In this document: positions 38,852 to 49,127 of the stretch, piece after piece
Numbering within the stretch: the first letter of the stretch is position 1
Layout of the letters: each line of letters starts with the position of its first letter
The notes under the pieces: model-generated
Told to the model about the DNA's origin: nothing
The model's input: the letters and a program-made list of their open reading frames with translations, nothing else
The model's database searches: none
Assembly: GCA_964014485.1 (NCBI GenBank)
Contig: CAXHAT010000013.1
Span: 1 to 62,643, forward strand
From: an uncultured Deferribacteres bacterium
GTDB taxonomy: Bacteria > Zhuqueibacterota > Zhuqueibacteria > Zhuqueibacterales > Geothermadaptataceae
Direction of reading: 5' to 3'
DNA length: 62,643 nucleotides
Position numbers and translations under genes: made by a program

Positions 38852-39526
38852 ATGGAAGATAACCAAGTTAAAAACAAAATTCGTGACACCAAAATAGTAG
38901 CCTTCTGTTTCTTCGGTATGGCTTTTTTCGGAAGTCTGCTCGAACAGGGGTGGCCAATCGTCGTGAGGACGTTTATGTTGTCATTTCTGTTTGGCCTGTT
39001 GACGTATTCCTTTGTTTGGTTCTTGGTATATTCCATCATACATCCAATTATTTTTTCGTCTTCTTTGTACTTCGCTCACAAACAACGAGAGGCAGAGATG
39101 AAGTGGGTTGAAGAACAGTTGGACAGTCTAAGGATGCCATCAGCAACGGGAGGGGGAGGAGACAAGGGAATGCCCACTCTCCCCCCTCCCCCGGCAAGAA
39201 GATTGGTCGAAAACGCGCCAGAACGGGTTCAGAACCGTTCCAGAACGGGTGAAACGGTTCCAAAACTAGCAGAACCGTTCCGAAATGACGAGCAGTGGGG
39301 GAAGCTGCCTAACGAAAGCGCTGATATGCATGTCAAAAGGCTCAAGCGTATTGGGGAAAATTCCAGCTTGGACGAGGAGCGTTTTATTGCCAAAATGCTG
39401 GCGGCTGGAGTTACGCGGACAACCATCCGTCGCGTTGTAGGCGGGAATACTCGTGATACATCACGATTGATTGAGGAAGTATCGCGTTCGGTGAATATAA
39501 CGGACAGCGGGGTATCATTTGCATGA
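38852..39526 (+). CDS. Membrane protein (2 TM) with Pro-rich linker and C-terminal HTH-like domain
   Basis: Hydrophobic N-terminus; MLAAGVTRTTIRRVVGG. Confidence 0.7.
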   Translation: MEDNQVKNKIRDTKIVAFCFFGMAFFGSLLEQGWPIVVRTFMLSFLFGLLTYSFVWFLVYSIIHPIIFSSSLYFAHKQREAEMKWVEEQLDSLRMPSATGGGGDKGMPTLPPPPARRLVENAPERVQNRSRTGETVPKLAEPFRNDEQWGKLPNESADMHVKRLKRIGENSSLDEERFIAKMLAAGVTRTTIRRVVGGNTRDTSRLIEEVSRSVNITDSGVSFA

Positions 39527-40119
39527 GTAGACATCACACAACATTCAAAAAGGCGGCAGATCGTATAAAGGAGTCCGAGTTTGTTATTCCAGTTTTCTTC
39601 GTTTTTCTTTTGCTTTGGTTTATGTCCATCGCTTTTGCTGTTGAGGATTACTGGACTAGCTTTTGGGGGTACGAAATGCTTCCGACACAGCGTGGCTTTT
39701 GGTGGTCAACTTATGCCGTCGCAGCCTTGCCTTCTGTAGGTCAGATAGCGTCAGGCTATATTGCCTTGGCCTTGGGCTGGGACGCTGAAGAGGATCGGAA
39801 ATACACGCTTATTAGTATTGGCATATGGCTGCTATTGTTCGCTGTTGATGCGTATACAGACATGTATTTTCGTATTGGTGTATCCGCTTGGTCTATGGAA
39901 CTGGCTGCATCTGCCGTTTTTCAGACGGTTGGTATATTCACCATCGGTTCTGAGCTTGCGTTTGTGGTTGGGTTTGGGATGACGATGCAGCTTACCCCAG
40001 AGGCCGTTGCCCAATCATTTTCTGTTGGTGTGAAATTGCGTGGGCGCACTGACCAAATAAAGCGAGATTGGGCAGACCGTGCTGCACCGCCACGCCCTAG
40101 ACGGCATGAGCGTGTATAA
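39523..40119 (+). CDS. Polytopic membrane protein (4 TM)
   Basis: Four hydrophobic segments; ATGA-coupled. Confidence 0.75.
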   Translation: MSRHHTTFKKAADRIKESEFVIPVFFVFLLLWFMSIAFAVEDYWTSFWGYEMLPTQRGFWWSTYAVAALPSVGQIASGYIALALGWDAEEDRKYTLISIGIWLLLFAVDAYTDMYFRIGVSAWSMELAASAVFQTVGIFTIGSELAFVVGFGMTMQLTPEAVAQSFSVGVKLRGRTDQIKRDWADRAAPPRPRRHERV

Positions 40120-40227
40120 CCCGCACCTTATCCCTGCGCTTGTAATCGGCGTTTTATTTGGTATTGTATTTTGGATAGTGGCCGAGTGGCTGCGTAGGGG
40201 CGAGTTTTGATTTTTGAGGTAGGTAGA

Positions 40228-40899
40228 ATGAACAAGAATAGCATTTATGATTACTTGGGATGGATTGCCGTTGTTGCTGTACCAATTGCGCCTGTGTTCT
40301 TTTTTGCTCACAAGATTTACAATGTTGCTTTAACAATGGCGGGTTCGTTCTGGCTGTCTTTGAGCGTTGGGGTCATCTCTGCCATCGGCTTGGAGATTGT
40401 TGGCATTTATGCGGGGCATACAGCAATGGAGTTTTGGCGGCGCGGTGATAATACACGAGCGGCAATTAGCGGTGCTATTATGCTGGCATATGTCGCCATT
40501 GGGGTTTGGGAATTGTGGGGGACAGTAGGGGTTGTCATGTTTGTTATCGCTCCACTGGTTTACGTATTATTGGCACTGCAAGAAATGCTGAAAACCGAAG
40601 ACGCAAAAGAAGCTGATGCTGTTGTTTTCGAGCAAGATGAAAAAATCAAAGACAATGATTTTAAACGCCAGATGATAGCAGAGAGGCAGCGGTTAAAGCA
40701 TGAGCTAGCATTAGAGCAAATGAAAGCTAGCACAGCAATTGCACAAGCAAATCCAGTGCTAGCAGTGCAAGAGCAAGTGCAGACGGGAGCTAGCTATGAG
40801 TGCGAGGACTGTGGCAAGACTTACAAGACTGTGCAAGCTCTAAATGCTCATGGTCGATTTTGCAAGGGTGTCCCAATGCTGAATGGTAAAAGCGCATGA
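40228..40899 (+). CDS. Membrane protein (4 TM) with coiled coil and C-terminal C2H2-like zinc finger
   Basis: YECEDCGKTYKTVQALNAHGRFC. Confidence 0.75.
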   Translation: MNKNSIYDYLGWIAVVAVPIAPVFFFAHKIYNVALTMAGSFWLSLSVGVISAIGLEIVGIYAGHTAMEFWRRGDNTRAAISGAIMLAYVAIGVWELWGTVGVVMFVIAPLVYVLLALQEMLKTEDAKEADAVVFEQDEKIKDNDFKRQMIAERQRLKHELALEQMKASTAIAQANPVLAVQEQVQTGASYECEDCGKTYKTVQALNAHGRFCKGVPMLNGKSA

Positions 40900-41141
40900 C
40901 ATACAAGCCCACAACCGACAACCTCAAGCCATGCCCATTCTGTGGCGAGCAGCCCAGCATCGACGGGATTCTTGGAACATTCGCAGAAATTTATTGCTGT
41001 GTGTCTATGGATTTGCAAAAGTCAGATGTGATGTCGAGGGAGCAAAGAAATACATGGAGTGGAACCACTTATCAATACAGCCCCGAGGCTGAGGCCAAGG
41101 CATGGGCGGTGTTGGTCGATATGTGGAATACTAGGGTTTAG
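40896..41141 (+). CDS. Lar-like restriction alleviation protein
   Basis: LKPCPFCG...WNTR. Confidence 0.7.
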   Translation: MTYKPTTDNLKPCPFCGEQPSIDGILGTFAEIYCCVSMDLQKSDVMSREQRNTWSGTTYQYSPEAEAKAWAVLVDMWNTRV

Positions 41142-41236
41142 CTCAACAGGTCAAACACGCGGTAATGGGGGCTCCCGAAACGATAGGGGTAATTAACCTC
41201 ATAAGGCGTGTGCGCGGGGTTCCCGTAACCTGTTTT

Positions 41237-41309
41237 GGTGAGTGTGGTGTAATGGCAACACATCTGACTGTGAATCAGAAGATTGTGAGTTCGAGTCTCA
41301 CCGTTCACC
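41237..41309 (+). tRNA. tRNA-His(GUG)
   Basis: 8-bp acceptor GGTGAGTG/CGTTCACC (G-1:C73), D arm GTGT/ACAC, TCTGA-CTGTGAA-TCAGA, GTGAG-TTCGAGT-CTCAC; CCA not fully encoded. Confidence 0.9.
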
Positions 41310-41370
41310 CTTTTTTGTGGTATAATTGGAGTGCAAATAGACAAAAATAACCCTGTCCTTTGCGCCGCCG

Positions 41371-41423
41371 CCCCATATTTGACTAGTCCGGCAAAAAACT
41401 GTGTCAAATATGGGGTCTTTGTT
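41371..41423 (+). terminator. Hairpin/terminator after the tRNA
   Basis: CCCCATATTTGAC/GTCAAATATGGGG followed by T-rich tail. Confidence 0.6.
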
Positions 41424-42020
41424 TCTCTACGTCATTTTTACCTCAACGCAATTTTAAACAAAAAGCGGCTGTTGGCCTCCTTGCCATAAGTTGCATCAAC
41501 CCTCAACACCACGACACTAGACAGAAACAACATCGCTATGCTATAATAGAATCGGTCTATATTGGCCGTGTTTGTATTGGTAATAGCAGAGGTGTTGTTT
41601 GTCTCACAATCTCCGAATAACTCAGCAGCGATATGATGAATACTATGTGATTGCGTGCGATGGTTGCGACTATCGCCGTTTAGTGCTGCTTGGCAAGAGT
41701 GGATTCATTGCCAAGTTCGGCCATGCGCTGTGTCATGGGGATGTGGCACAGCGTCATGATTTTAATGTCGGTGTAGAGGGGTTGGAGTTGGAAATGGTGG
41801 GTGATGTCGCAAATAGTCGTTAATGCTAGCTTTCCTGCTATCCAATCGGCGATAAAAATTTATGGCTCACGGGATGGTGCCAGAATCCAGCTAGATATAT
41901 CAGAAAATAACATAGGTGAGGTTGCGCAGTTGATGGCATTGCGTGATATGGCGTTTAAAGTGACGTTTGAATTGGCAAAGCAGGGAAGCGGGGAGATTGG
42001 TTATGGGGGGCGTTTAAAAG

Positions 42021-42398
42021 ATGGCTAGACGAGAATATAGCGAAGAAACGAGGGCGGCCGTGATGGCGAGCCTTTTAGCTGGCCAAAGCGTATCCAGCGT
42101 ATCAAAGGATTACAATATACCTCGCTCCACCGTCGCGAATTGGAGTGCTATAGCAAATAAAGCTGGTGTTCCTGTTGTTCCGTCACAAAAAAACGAACGT
42201 ATCGGCGAGTTGTTGCTTGATTATCTTGAAGAAAATCTAAAAGCGTTGCGCGTTCAATCGAAGGTTTTCTCTGATGAAGCTTGGCTTAAAAAGCAACATG
42301 CTAGTGATGCAGCCGTTTTGCATGGCGTGATGACTGATAAGGCGGTTCGATTACTAGAGGCTTTTGGTGATGACAGCGATAGCGATACAGCGTCCTAG
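42021..42398 (+). CDS. terS: Terminase small subunit (HTH)
   Basis: YSEETRA...VSKDYNIPRSTVANW; directly upstream of TerL. Confidence 0.75.
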   Translation: MARREYSEETRAAVMASLLAGQSVSSVSKDYNIPRSTVANWSAIANKAGVPVVPSQKNERIGELLLDYLEENLKALRVQSKVFSDEAWLKKQHASDAAVLHGVMTDKAVRLLEAFGDDSDSDTAS

Positions 42399-43692
42399 GA
42401 TTCGCGTTGGGCGTCGATGGAAAATTGGCAAAAAAGCCGTATTGGGTGGAACCGATACCAAATTAATTGCCAAACTTAACACGATCTACAAGCCATACCT
42501 TAGCAACACAGCCCGTACACAAATATATTTCGGCGGCGCGTCCTCTGGCAAGTCGGTGTTCAATGCCCAGCGATTTGTACTTGCAGTAATGGATGATGGG
42601 CGCAACGTCCTTGTGTGTCGTGCCGTTGCCCGAACTATTCGCAAGTCTGTTTTTGCTGAGATTCGCAGCGTCATAAATGAATTTGATTTAGAAGACGAGT
42701 TTCATGTTCACAAAAGCGAGATGGTTATCACTCACAAAGCCAACGGCCACCAAATCCTGTTTGCTGGCCTAGATGATGTCAATAAACTCAAGTCGATTAG
42801 AGCAGAAAAGGGCGCGATAACAGATGTCTGGGTCGAAGAGGCAACCGAGATTCAAGACATCAAAGACATCAAGCAGCTTATGCGGAGGCAGCGCGGCGGC
42901 GACCCAGGTACCCCAAAAACAATAACCCTGACATTCAATCCTATCTACCAATCTCACCCCATTTACAAGGAATATTTTGAACCACTAGGGTGGCACGATA
43001 ACCAGACTGAGTACAATAGCGATAGCTTGACTATCCTCAAGACTTGGTATATCCACAATGAATATCTGACTCAGGGTGATATTGATGACCTTGAAAACGA
43101 GCCGGACGGCTATTTCAAGGATGTTTACACCTATGGCAAGTGGGGCATTCTTGGAAATGTGATATTTACCAATTGGCGTGTTGAAGATTTGTCAGGAATG
43201 CGTGGCCAGTTTACCAATCATCGTCATGGGTTGGATTTTGGCTTCTCTAACGACCCTGCCGCGCTTCCTTATACTCACTACGACAAGCCCAAAAAGCGAA
43301 TCTATATCTATGATGAGTTTTACGAGGTGGGGATGACTAATGATGTGCTAGCAGCTTCTATCAAAGCCCCATTAGCGGGCAGCTATGTCAAAGCTGATAG
43401 TGCGGAACCGAAGAGTATCGCGGAGTTAAACAAGCACGGGGTAAGGGTTGTTGGAGCAAAGAAGGGCAAGGACAGCGTCTTGCATGGCATCCAGTGGCTT
43501 CAGCAGCAGGAAATCATCATAGATAAGTCGTGCGTACATTCGATTTCAGAATTTCAGCAATACCAATGGAAAAAGGACAAGCACGGCGATCCTTTGCCGC
43601 AACCTGTTGATAAAAACAACCATATCATTGACGGGCTAAGGTATGCTTACGAAGATGATATGACATTGCAATCAGGATTCTACATGGGCTAA
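42370..43692 (+). CDS. terL: Terminase large subunit, PBSX family
   Basis: GGASSGKS, WVEEATE, TFNP, GLDFGFSNDP, ADSAEPKSI, NHIIDGLRYA. Confidence 0.95.
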   Translation: MTAIAIQRPRIRVGRRWKIGKKAVLGGTDTKLIAKLNTIYKPYLSNTARTQIYFGGASSGKSVFNAQRFVLAVMDDGRNVLVCRAVARTIRKSVFAEIRSVINEFDLEDEFHVHKSEMVITHKANGHQILFAGLDDVNKLKSIRAEKGAITDVWVEEATEIQDIKDIKQLMRRQRGGDPGTPKTITLTFNPIYQSHPIYKEYFEPLGWHDNQTEYNSDSLTILKTWYIHNEYLTQGDIDDLENEPDGYFKDVYTYGKWGILGNVIFTNWRVEDLSGMRGQFTNHRHGLDFGFSNDPAALPYTHYDKPKKRIYIYDEFYEVGMTNDVLAASIKAPLAGSYVKADSAEPKSIAELNKHGVRVVGAKKGKDSVLHGIQWLQQQEIIIDKSCVHSISEFQQYQWKKDKHGDPLPQPVDKNNHIIDGLRYAYEDDMTLQSGFYMG

Positions 43693-43696
43693 ACCT

Positions 43697-45244
43697 ATGG
43701 ATATTAAATCATTTAATCTAGGCAGTTGGCGACCACCTGACGGCAAATCGGGTATTTACATTCTCAATGAGCGCACAAAAGCCATCACGTTATCCGGCCT
43801 GACTAGCGAACACTTTTCAGAGTTGCTAGGTATTACGGGCGGGTTGGAGCAGTTAGCTGCTAACGTTGCCTATCTCTATGCCGCTTATGACGCACGAGCT
43901 GGCGAGATTTCTAAGCTACCGGTTGTTTTAAAAAACAACAAGGGAGAGGTGGTCAGCAAGTGGCCTGTACAAGTTGATTTACCAGACTTGCTTTATCGTT
44001 CGGAGTTGTCGCTAAATATTCACGGCGAAGCTTACATGTTTAAGGAGCAAATCAACAAGCGCAAAGCAAGACTGAGATGGTTTGACCCTGCAAGTGTGGA
44101 GCCGCTAGTTGATGAAAAGCGCGGCTTGTATGCATTTCGTCGCAATTTGGCGCAGGGTGGCAGGGAGTACCCCGTCGAACCCCAAACAAACTTGTCAGAA
44201 ATGCTTTGGATTTGGTTACGCGGCTTGCGCGAAACGTCGCCTGGTGTTTCTCCATCTCAGGTTGTTCGCTTTGCGAGCGAGATGTTGCGTAACATTGACC
44301 TGCAATCGTCGCAGTTCTTCGAGGGTGGGGCGATGCCTGTCACGTTGCTAGAGGTGCCCGATACCATGTCTCCCGAAGATGCGAAGCGTGTGGAGTCAGG
44401 TTTGCGCCGCTACATCAACAAAATCGCGCCACGCGAAAACAAACCTGTGCGTGCCATCAATCGCTCTATCAAGGTGCATCAATTATCATTCAACCCCAAA
44501 GATTTACAGGTTGGTGAGTTAGAAGAGAGTAAGCGCAAGGACATTGAGGTGGCATCACGTGTGCCTGATTACATTCTGACAGGTAAGAGCGAGAATGTTG
44601 CGACGGCAGAAAACACGCGCCAGCAATGGATGGAGTCTGTGATCTTACCACGTGCCGAACTGGTTATCGGCGAAATGAACCGCCAGCTATTCAAGCCACT
44701 TGGTTATGAACTAGTGATAGCACGTGAGCGAATCAGTATTTTTCAAAAGCAAGAGTTGCAGAAGGCGCAAGCGTTGACCGAGCTGGCTGGTGGCGCGATT
44801 TTCACCGTTAATGAGGTTCGTGAGATGGCTGGGGCTGAACCGTTGCCATATGGTGATTTCATTCACGATGTCAACCAGCCTATTGTAGCAGAGTCGTCTA
44901 CCGAAGAGATCTCGCAACAACCACCACCTTCCGAATCAGACAGCCAATCAGCCAAAGCCGCTGAGTTGACCCGCCTGCGCCGTTGGGCGAAGAAGCGGAA
45001 AAATCCAAGGGCAGCGGGTTTTCGCAGTGATATTCTAACCCCTGCTGAAATCAGGGAGGAGATACGCAATATCAAGAGTCCGCGCTTTATCCCCGATGGC
45101 AATCCACTGCCCCCCGTTCCTGCTGATTTCTCTGTAACCGAAAGGGACATCGAGAACGCCATTGAGCAGTGGGATGATACGTTTCCTGAGTTGGCGGGCT
45201 TGCTAGATGCTGATGCGACAGCAACGGAATCCGAGGGGCAATAA
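43697..45244 (+). CDS. Portal protein
   Basis: GEAY, FFEGGAMP, TVNEVREMAG.EP; follows TerL. Confidence 0.88.
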   Translation: MDIKSFNLGSWRPPDGKSGIYILNERTKAITLSGLTSEHFSELLGITGGLEQLAANVAYLYAAYDARAGEISKLPVVLKNNKGEVVSKWPVQVDLPDLLYRSELSLNIHGEAYMFKEQINKRKARLRWFDPASVEPLVDEKRGLYAFRRNLAQGGREYPVEPQTNLSEMLWIWLRGLRETSPGVSPSQVVRFASEMLRNIDLQSSQFFEGGAMPVTLLEVPDTMSPEDAKRVESGLRRYINKIAPRENKPVRAINRSIKVHQLSFNPKDLQVGELEESKRKDIEVASRVPDYILTGKSENVATAENTRQQWMESVILPRAELVIGEMNRQLFKPLGYELVIARERISIFQKQELQKAQALTELAGGAIFTVNEVREMAGAEPLPYGDFIHDVNQPIVAESSTEEISQQPPPSESDSQSAKAAELTRLRRWAKKRKNPRAAGFRSDILTPAEIREEIRNIKSPRFIPDGNPLPPVPADFSVTERDIENAIEQWDDTFPELAGLLDADATATESEGQ

Positions 45245-45939
45245 TGGCTTTTTGGGAATGGATGCCTAATTCGCGCCGCTATCGCCTAACCACGGAGGGC
45301 GCAGAAAAGCTAGGGCAACGTGCTGGCACTTTTGTATCTCAAAGCAAAATGGTCGGTTTGCGTGACGAATTGATAGCCAGTCAAAAAAACCGCGTCAATG
45401 ACTTGGCACGCCGTTTGTCAAGCGGTGACATTCGCCTAGAACGCTGGCAGCTTGAAATGCGCGAAATCGTCAAAGAGAATTTTATCAACCAGTACATGCT
45501 AGCTCGTGGTGGTCGCAATGCCATGACTCCATCTGACTGGGGGCGGCTTGGCAACATGATTCGCAACCAATACAGCTTTCTCGATTCATTTGCGGCTGAC
45601 ATTGCAAGCGGTCGGTATGGCGAGGCAGGGGTAGCAGCACGCGCGAGAATGTATGTTGAGGCCAGCGGGCAAGCATTTGAGCGTGCTAATGCGGTTACGC
45701 GGGGAATGCCTGATTTGCCTCAGTACCCTGGTGACGGCAGGACGCAATGCCTAGCTAATTGCAAATGTCGCTGGCGTATTGTTGAGCGAGAAGCGCAATG
45801 GGAATGCCATTGGGTTCTTTCCCCGGCAGAGCATTGCCCAGACTGCTTGGCAAATGCGGTGCGGTGGAATCCGCTAGTTATAAGCAAGGAGCGTGTACCA
45901 TTCAGAAGCGTGGCTCTGAAGGAGTTGGCGGCGTTATGA
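45244..45939 (+). CDS. Head morphogenesis (MuF-like) protein
   Basis: PGDG.T.CLANCKC, EHCPDC; follows portal. Confidence 0.65.
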   Translation: MAFWEWMPNSRRYRLTTEGAEKLGQRAGTFVSQSKMVGLRDELIASQKNRVNDLARRLSSGDIRLERWQLEMREIVKENFINQYMLARGGRNAMTPSDWGRLGNMIRNQYSFLDSFAADIASGRYGEAGVAARARMYVEASGQAFERANAVTRGMPDLPQYPGDGRTQCLANCKCRWRIVEREAQWECHWVLSPAEHCPDCLANAVRWNPLVISKERVPFRSVALKELAAL

Positions 45940-46463
45940 CCCTAAAACTAACCGTCAAAACAACCCCCCCCTTTCGCGATCAACGTGGTCGATTCAGAAA
46001 GGCTGACAAGGCCGCTAAGGACTCCCTGCGCAATTCTATGCGCTCACAGGGGCGCATTGTTACGGGCATTGTGAAAGATGAACTAGCAGCGAAAATCGGC
46101 CAGCGCAACGCAAAGCTAGAAAAAGGTATTCGGTTCAACACTCGACAGCAGGGCAACACGACACGGCTAAATGTCACCGTTCCGCAAAAGGCGCGTCCTC
46201 ACAAGATTTACCCCAAGCGCAAGGCATTAGCTTTCAAGTGGCGGGGCATGAATGTTGTCGTCCCTAGAGGTGGCGGCTTCAAAACTCACAAGCGTGGCAA
46301 TACGTTATGGGTTGGCAAGGGTTTTGTGCAGCACCCCGGCGGGTCGTTACAACCTTTATTTGGGCCTGTGCTGGATAAGTCGTTAAAGAAGTGGCGAAGC
46401 AGTGAGGAGCCAGAGGTTATTAGTAGGGCTGTGCGTAGTTTTGAGGCGGAGCTGGTGAGATGA
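45936..46463 (+). CDS. HK97 gp10-like neck protein
   Basis: RPHKIYPKRKALAF...VQHPG; basic. Confidence 0.65.
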   Translation: MTLKLTVKTTPPFRDQRGRFRKADKAAKDSLRNSMRSQGRIVTGIVKDELAAKIGQRNAKLEKGIRFNTRQQGNTTRLNVTVPQKARPHKIYPKRKALAFKWRGMNVVVPRGGGFKTHKRGNTLWVGKGFVQHPGGSLQPLFGPVLDKSLKKWRSSEEPEVISRAVRSFEAELVR

Positions 46464-46824
46464 GACAGACACCAAGGACAAGCAGGTTACTAGCCGTTAT
46501 CCTCAATGCCTTTGGTGTGTGGCTTCTTGTCGGTTTGATTTTGAACATTATCCCCGTCTCTCCTTCGCTTTGTCTGGCTGTAGTTTCGCTGTTCGGACTC
46601 TCGCTTGCTGTGCTTTTATCTTGAGTGTGTTGACGTGTTGGTATAAGGTGTGTGTGTTGTGAATAAATTAAGCAGAGATGTAATCAGCAACCTAATTAGT
46701 GCTATTAGGCAGATAGAGGCGGCTGAGGGTGTGTCGCCTGAAATGTCAGTGATTCGCCCACGAAGCGAACGGCGAAACTTGACGGCTCAGTACAAGAGCC
46801 GTCAAGTTGTAGTATTAAGCTCTG

Positions 46825-46957
46825 TTGACACACTACAACAATAAATGCTAAAATAGATGCGGCGCAAGCTGCGTCACAATTAAATAGCTGACACACGTCA
46901 GATAGTGGAAAACGAAAGGGCGTGACTAATCTATATGGTTAGTCACGCCCTTTTTTT
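46825..46957 (+). promoter_or_regulatory. Promoter followed by intrinsic terminator just before the capsid gene
   Basis: TTGACA-18-TAAAAT; AAAGGGCGTGACTAA/TTAGTCACGCCCTTT plus T-run. Confidence 0.65.
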
Positions 46958-46962
46958 GTTTT

Positions 46963-48957
46963 ATGAGCAATGTAATGGAAGCAGAAGTATTGGGAGACGA
47001 GTTTCTTTTGACGGGCAACGCCTTGAAGGCTGTGGCAGAAACAGATGATGAGTTGCGAGTGCAAAACTACATCGTCCTGTTTGATAGTCGTGACTTGACA
47101 GGCGAGGAAGTTGACGGCTTTGGCACTGGCAACAAGAACGCCGACGGGTCAACGGGCGAGTATTTTACTGAAGCAACAGAAGTTGAGTCCATTTTCACCA
47201 AAAGCGGGACGCTTCCAATTGGATGGGAGCATGGGGAGCCTATCCCGGGCGAACCGATGATACCTCATGGCTTGGGTTACGTTGATTGGAAAACAGCCCA
47301 GCGCGACGCAAACGGATGGTTAGTGGAGCGCATCCTAGATCGTCGAAATAAGTTCATTCAAGCTATAGAGCCAATTATTCGAGCAAGAAAAATCGGGACA
47401 TCTAGCGAGGCTCACAAATCAGTTGTTGCAAATGATGGACGTATCGAGCAATGGCCACTAGTGGGGGACACTTTGACAGTGAAACCATTTGAACCGCGAA
47501 TGCTAGAAGACAACCCCGTATTAATGAAATCAGTAAAAGAACTTGCGAAATATGATTCGCGCCTAAAGGCAATGCTGCCAGAGACGGACGGTACATCTGT
47601 GGAGCAGCACGCGACGGAGAGCGATGAAGTCGAGCAAGAAAATGCAGAAGCGGTTGAAAGCAAGCCGCAAAGTGTTGAGATTGACGTTAATCTGAACGTC
47701 AGCCAAAACAACAACAGTAACGGTGAATTAGAAATGAGTACAGAACAAGTACAGGAAAACGTGACCGAGGAAGCTGTGAAAGCTCCTGCGGTTGGCAGCG
47801 ACGGGGCGACGCAGACTGTCACGCAACGTCCCGCGAACTTTAATCTTAATGACAATCAATTAAAAGCCATCATTGACGGTGTTTCTGAAAACCTTCGCCT
47901 TCGCGATGAGCAGGAGACCCCTGATTTTAGCAAGGCTGGCTTTGTTGCTCCCCAAAAGAGCATCGACAAAGGCATCAACTACAACAAGACTCGGCGCGGT
48001 GATAGTGAAGCCGCTGCGATTGCAGCTTGGGCACGGACTGGCGACGGTGGCACCTATGGCAAGAGCGTGTCCCTCAAAGGTCAAACTTTAACAGTCAAAG
48101 CCTCAAACGATACAGGCATGAACATCACTACGGCTGCTGATGGCGGCAACGCTGTCCCCACGGGTCACTTTCAGGGCATTATCGCTCGGCGTGATGAATC
48201 AATGCTAGCTGCCCAGCTTGGCGTTCGCAACATCCCGGGTCAAGGTACGACGGTAAATGTTCCAATCGACTCTGAAGCTGACGGTGAATTTGTTAGCACA
48301 TCAGAGCAGAACGATGCCAATTCAAACAACTTCGACCGTGATGCGCCCTCCATTGGCACAGTTGCAATGACACTGGTCAAGTATACGAAGAAAGTTGAAT
48401 TGACTGACGAACTTTTGCAAGATGAAGACAGCCGCCTGATGGCATTTCTCGAAGACTTTGTTGGGCGCGGTATGGCGAAAACTCATAACAGCCTATTGCT
48501 GACCGAGGTTTTGGCAAACGGCACCGCTGGCGTAACGGCTGCTGGTGCTGCTGCTATCACGGCTGGCGAGGTTGTCGATCTAGAGTACGCACTCGCTGAT
48601 GAGTACGCCGACGATGATGCTGCTTGGATTACACGCCGAGCAACAGAAGGTGTTATTCGCAAGCTGCAAGGCGATCAATTTATCTTTCAGTCCACACCAC
48701 ACAGCTCAGGTGTTCGCACCTCACGCAGCATTAACGGCTACCCTGTTTTTAATAGCGCCTATATGCCATCCCTAGCGACGGGAAACAAAACGGTTGCTTT
48801 CGGAAATTTTACCTTTGTTGGCAAGAGAGAGGCACCAAGCTTCACGCTTTTGCGTGACCCGTACAGCGTAGATGGCAAAGTAATTCTCAAATACTACTTC
48901 CGCACTGTTTACAAGGTGCTGCAAGCTGAAGCTATTCAGTACCTAACACAAGCGTAA
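46963..48957 (+). CDS. Fused prohead protease and HK97-fold major capsid protein
   Basis: Protease-like N-terminus (GEYFT, WEHG, GTSS, LTVKPFEPR), acidic linker, capsid motifs (GG.AVP, TDELLQD, INGYPV, AFGNF, LRDPY). Confidence 0.9.
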   Translation: MSNVMEAEVLGDEFLLTGNALKAVAETDDELRVQNYIVLFDSRDLTGEEVDGFGTGNKNADGSTGEYFTEATEVESIFTKSGTLPIGWEHGEPIPGEPMIPHGLGYVDWKTAQRDANGWLVERILDRRNKFIQAIEPIIRARKIGTSSEAHKSVVANDGRIEQWPLVGDTLTVKPFEPRMLEDNPVLMKSVKELAKYDSRLKAMLPETDGTSVEQHATESDEVEQENAEAVESKPQSVEIDVNLNVSQNNNSNGELEMSTEQVQENVTEEAVKAPAVGSDGATQTVTQRPANFNLNDNQLKAIIDGVSENLRLRDEQETPDFSKAGFVAPQKSIDKGINYNKTRRGDSEAAAIAAWARTGDGGTYGKSVSLKGQTLTVKASNDTGMNITTAADGGNAVPTGHFQGIIARRDESMLAAQLGVRNIPGQGTTVNVPIDSEADGEFVSTSEQNDANSNNFDRDAPSIGTVAMTLVKYTKKVELTDELLQDEDSRLMAFLEDFVGRGMAKTHNSLLLTEVLANGTAGVTAAGAAAITAGEVVDLEYALADEYADDDAAWITRRATEGVIRKLQGDQFIFQSTPHSSGVRTSRSINGYPVFNSAYMPSLATGNKTVAFGNFTFVGKREAPSFTLLRDPYSVDGKVILKYYFRTVYKVLQAEAIQYLTQA

Positions 48958-48962
48958 TCCTT

Positions 48963-49127
48963 ATGGCACGAAAAGCAACTAAGGTATGGGTTGAATTGCT
49001 GGTTAGCCGTGCAAGCGCGAACGGCGCTGAGTCTGGTGCGCCAGGTGACGTTATCTCCGTTGCCAGCGACGAGGCAAAGCGAATGATTGCAGCAGGTCAG
49101 GCTAAGAAGGCATCAGCCCCAAAATAG
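48963..49127 (+). CDS. Small head accessory protein
   Basis: 54-aa ORF with PGDVISV...EAKRMIAAGQA. Confidence 0.6.
   Translation: MARKATKVWVELLVSRASANGAESGAPGDVISVASDEAKRMIAAGQAKKASAPK

Noticed and set aside
39220..39284. LexA boxes
   Set aside because: Spacer between GAAC and GTTC is 1-2 nt, not 4, and the site is intragenic
41134..41230. Second tRNA upstream of tRNA-His
   Set aside because: Starts like a D arm (TAGCTCAAC.GGT) but no T arm or acceptor pairing could be built
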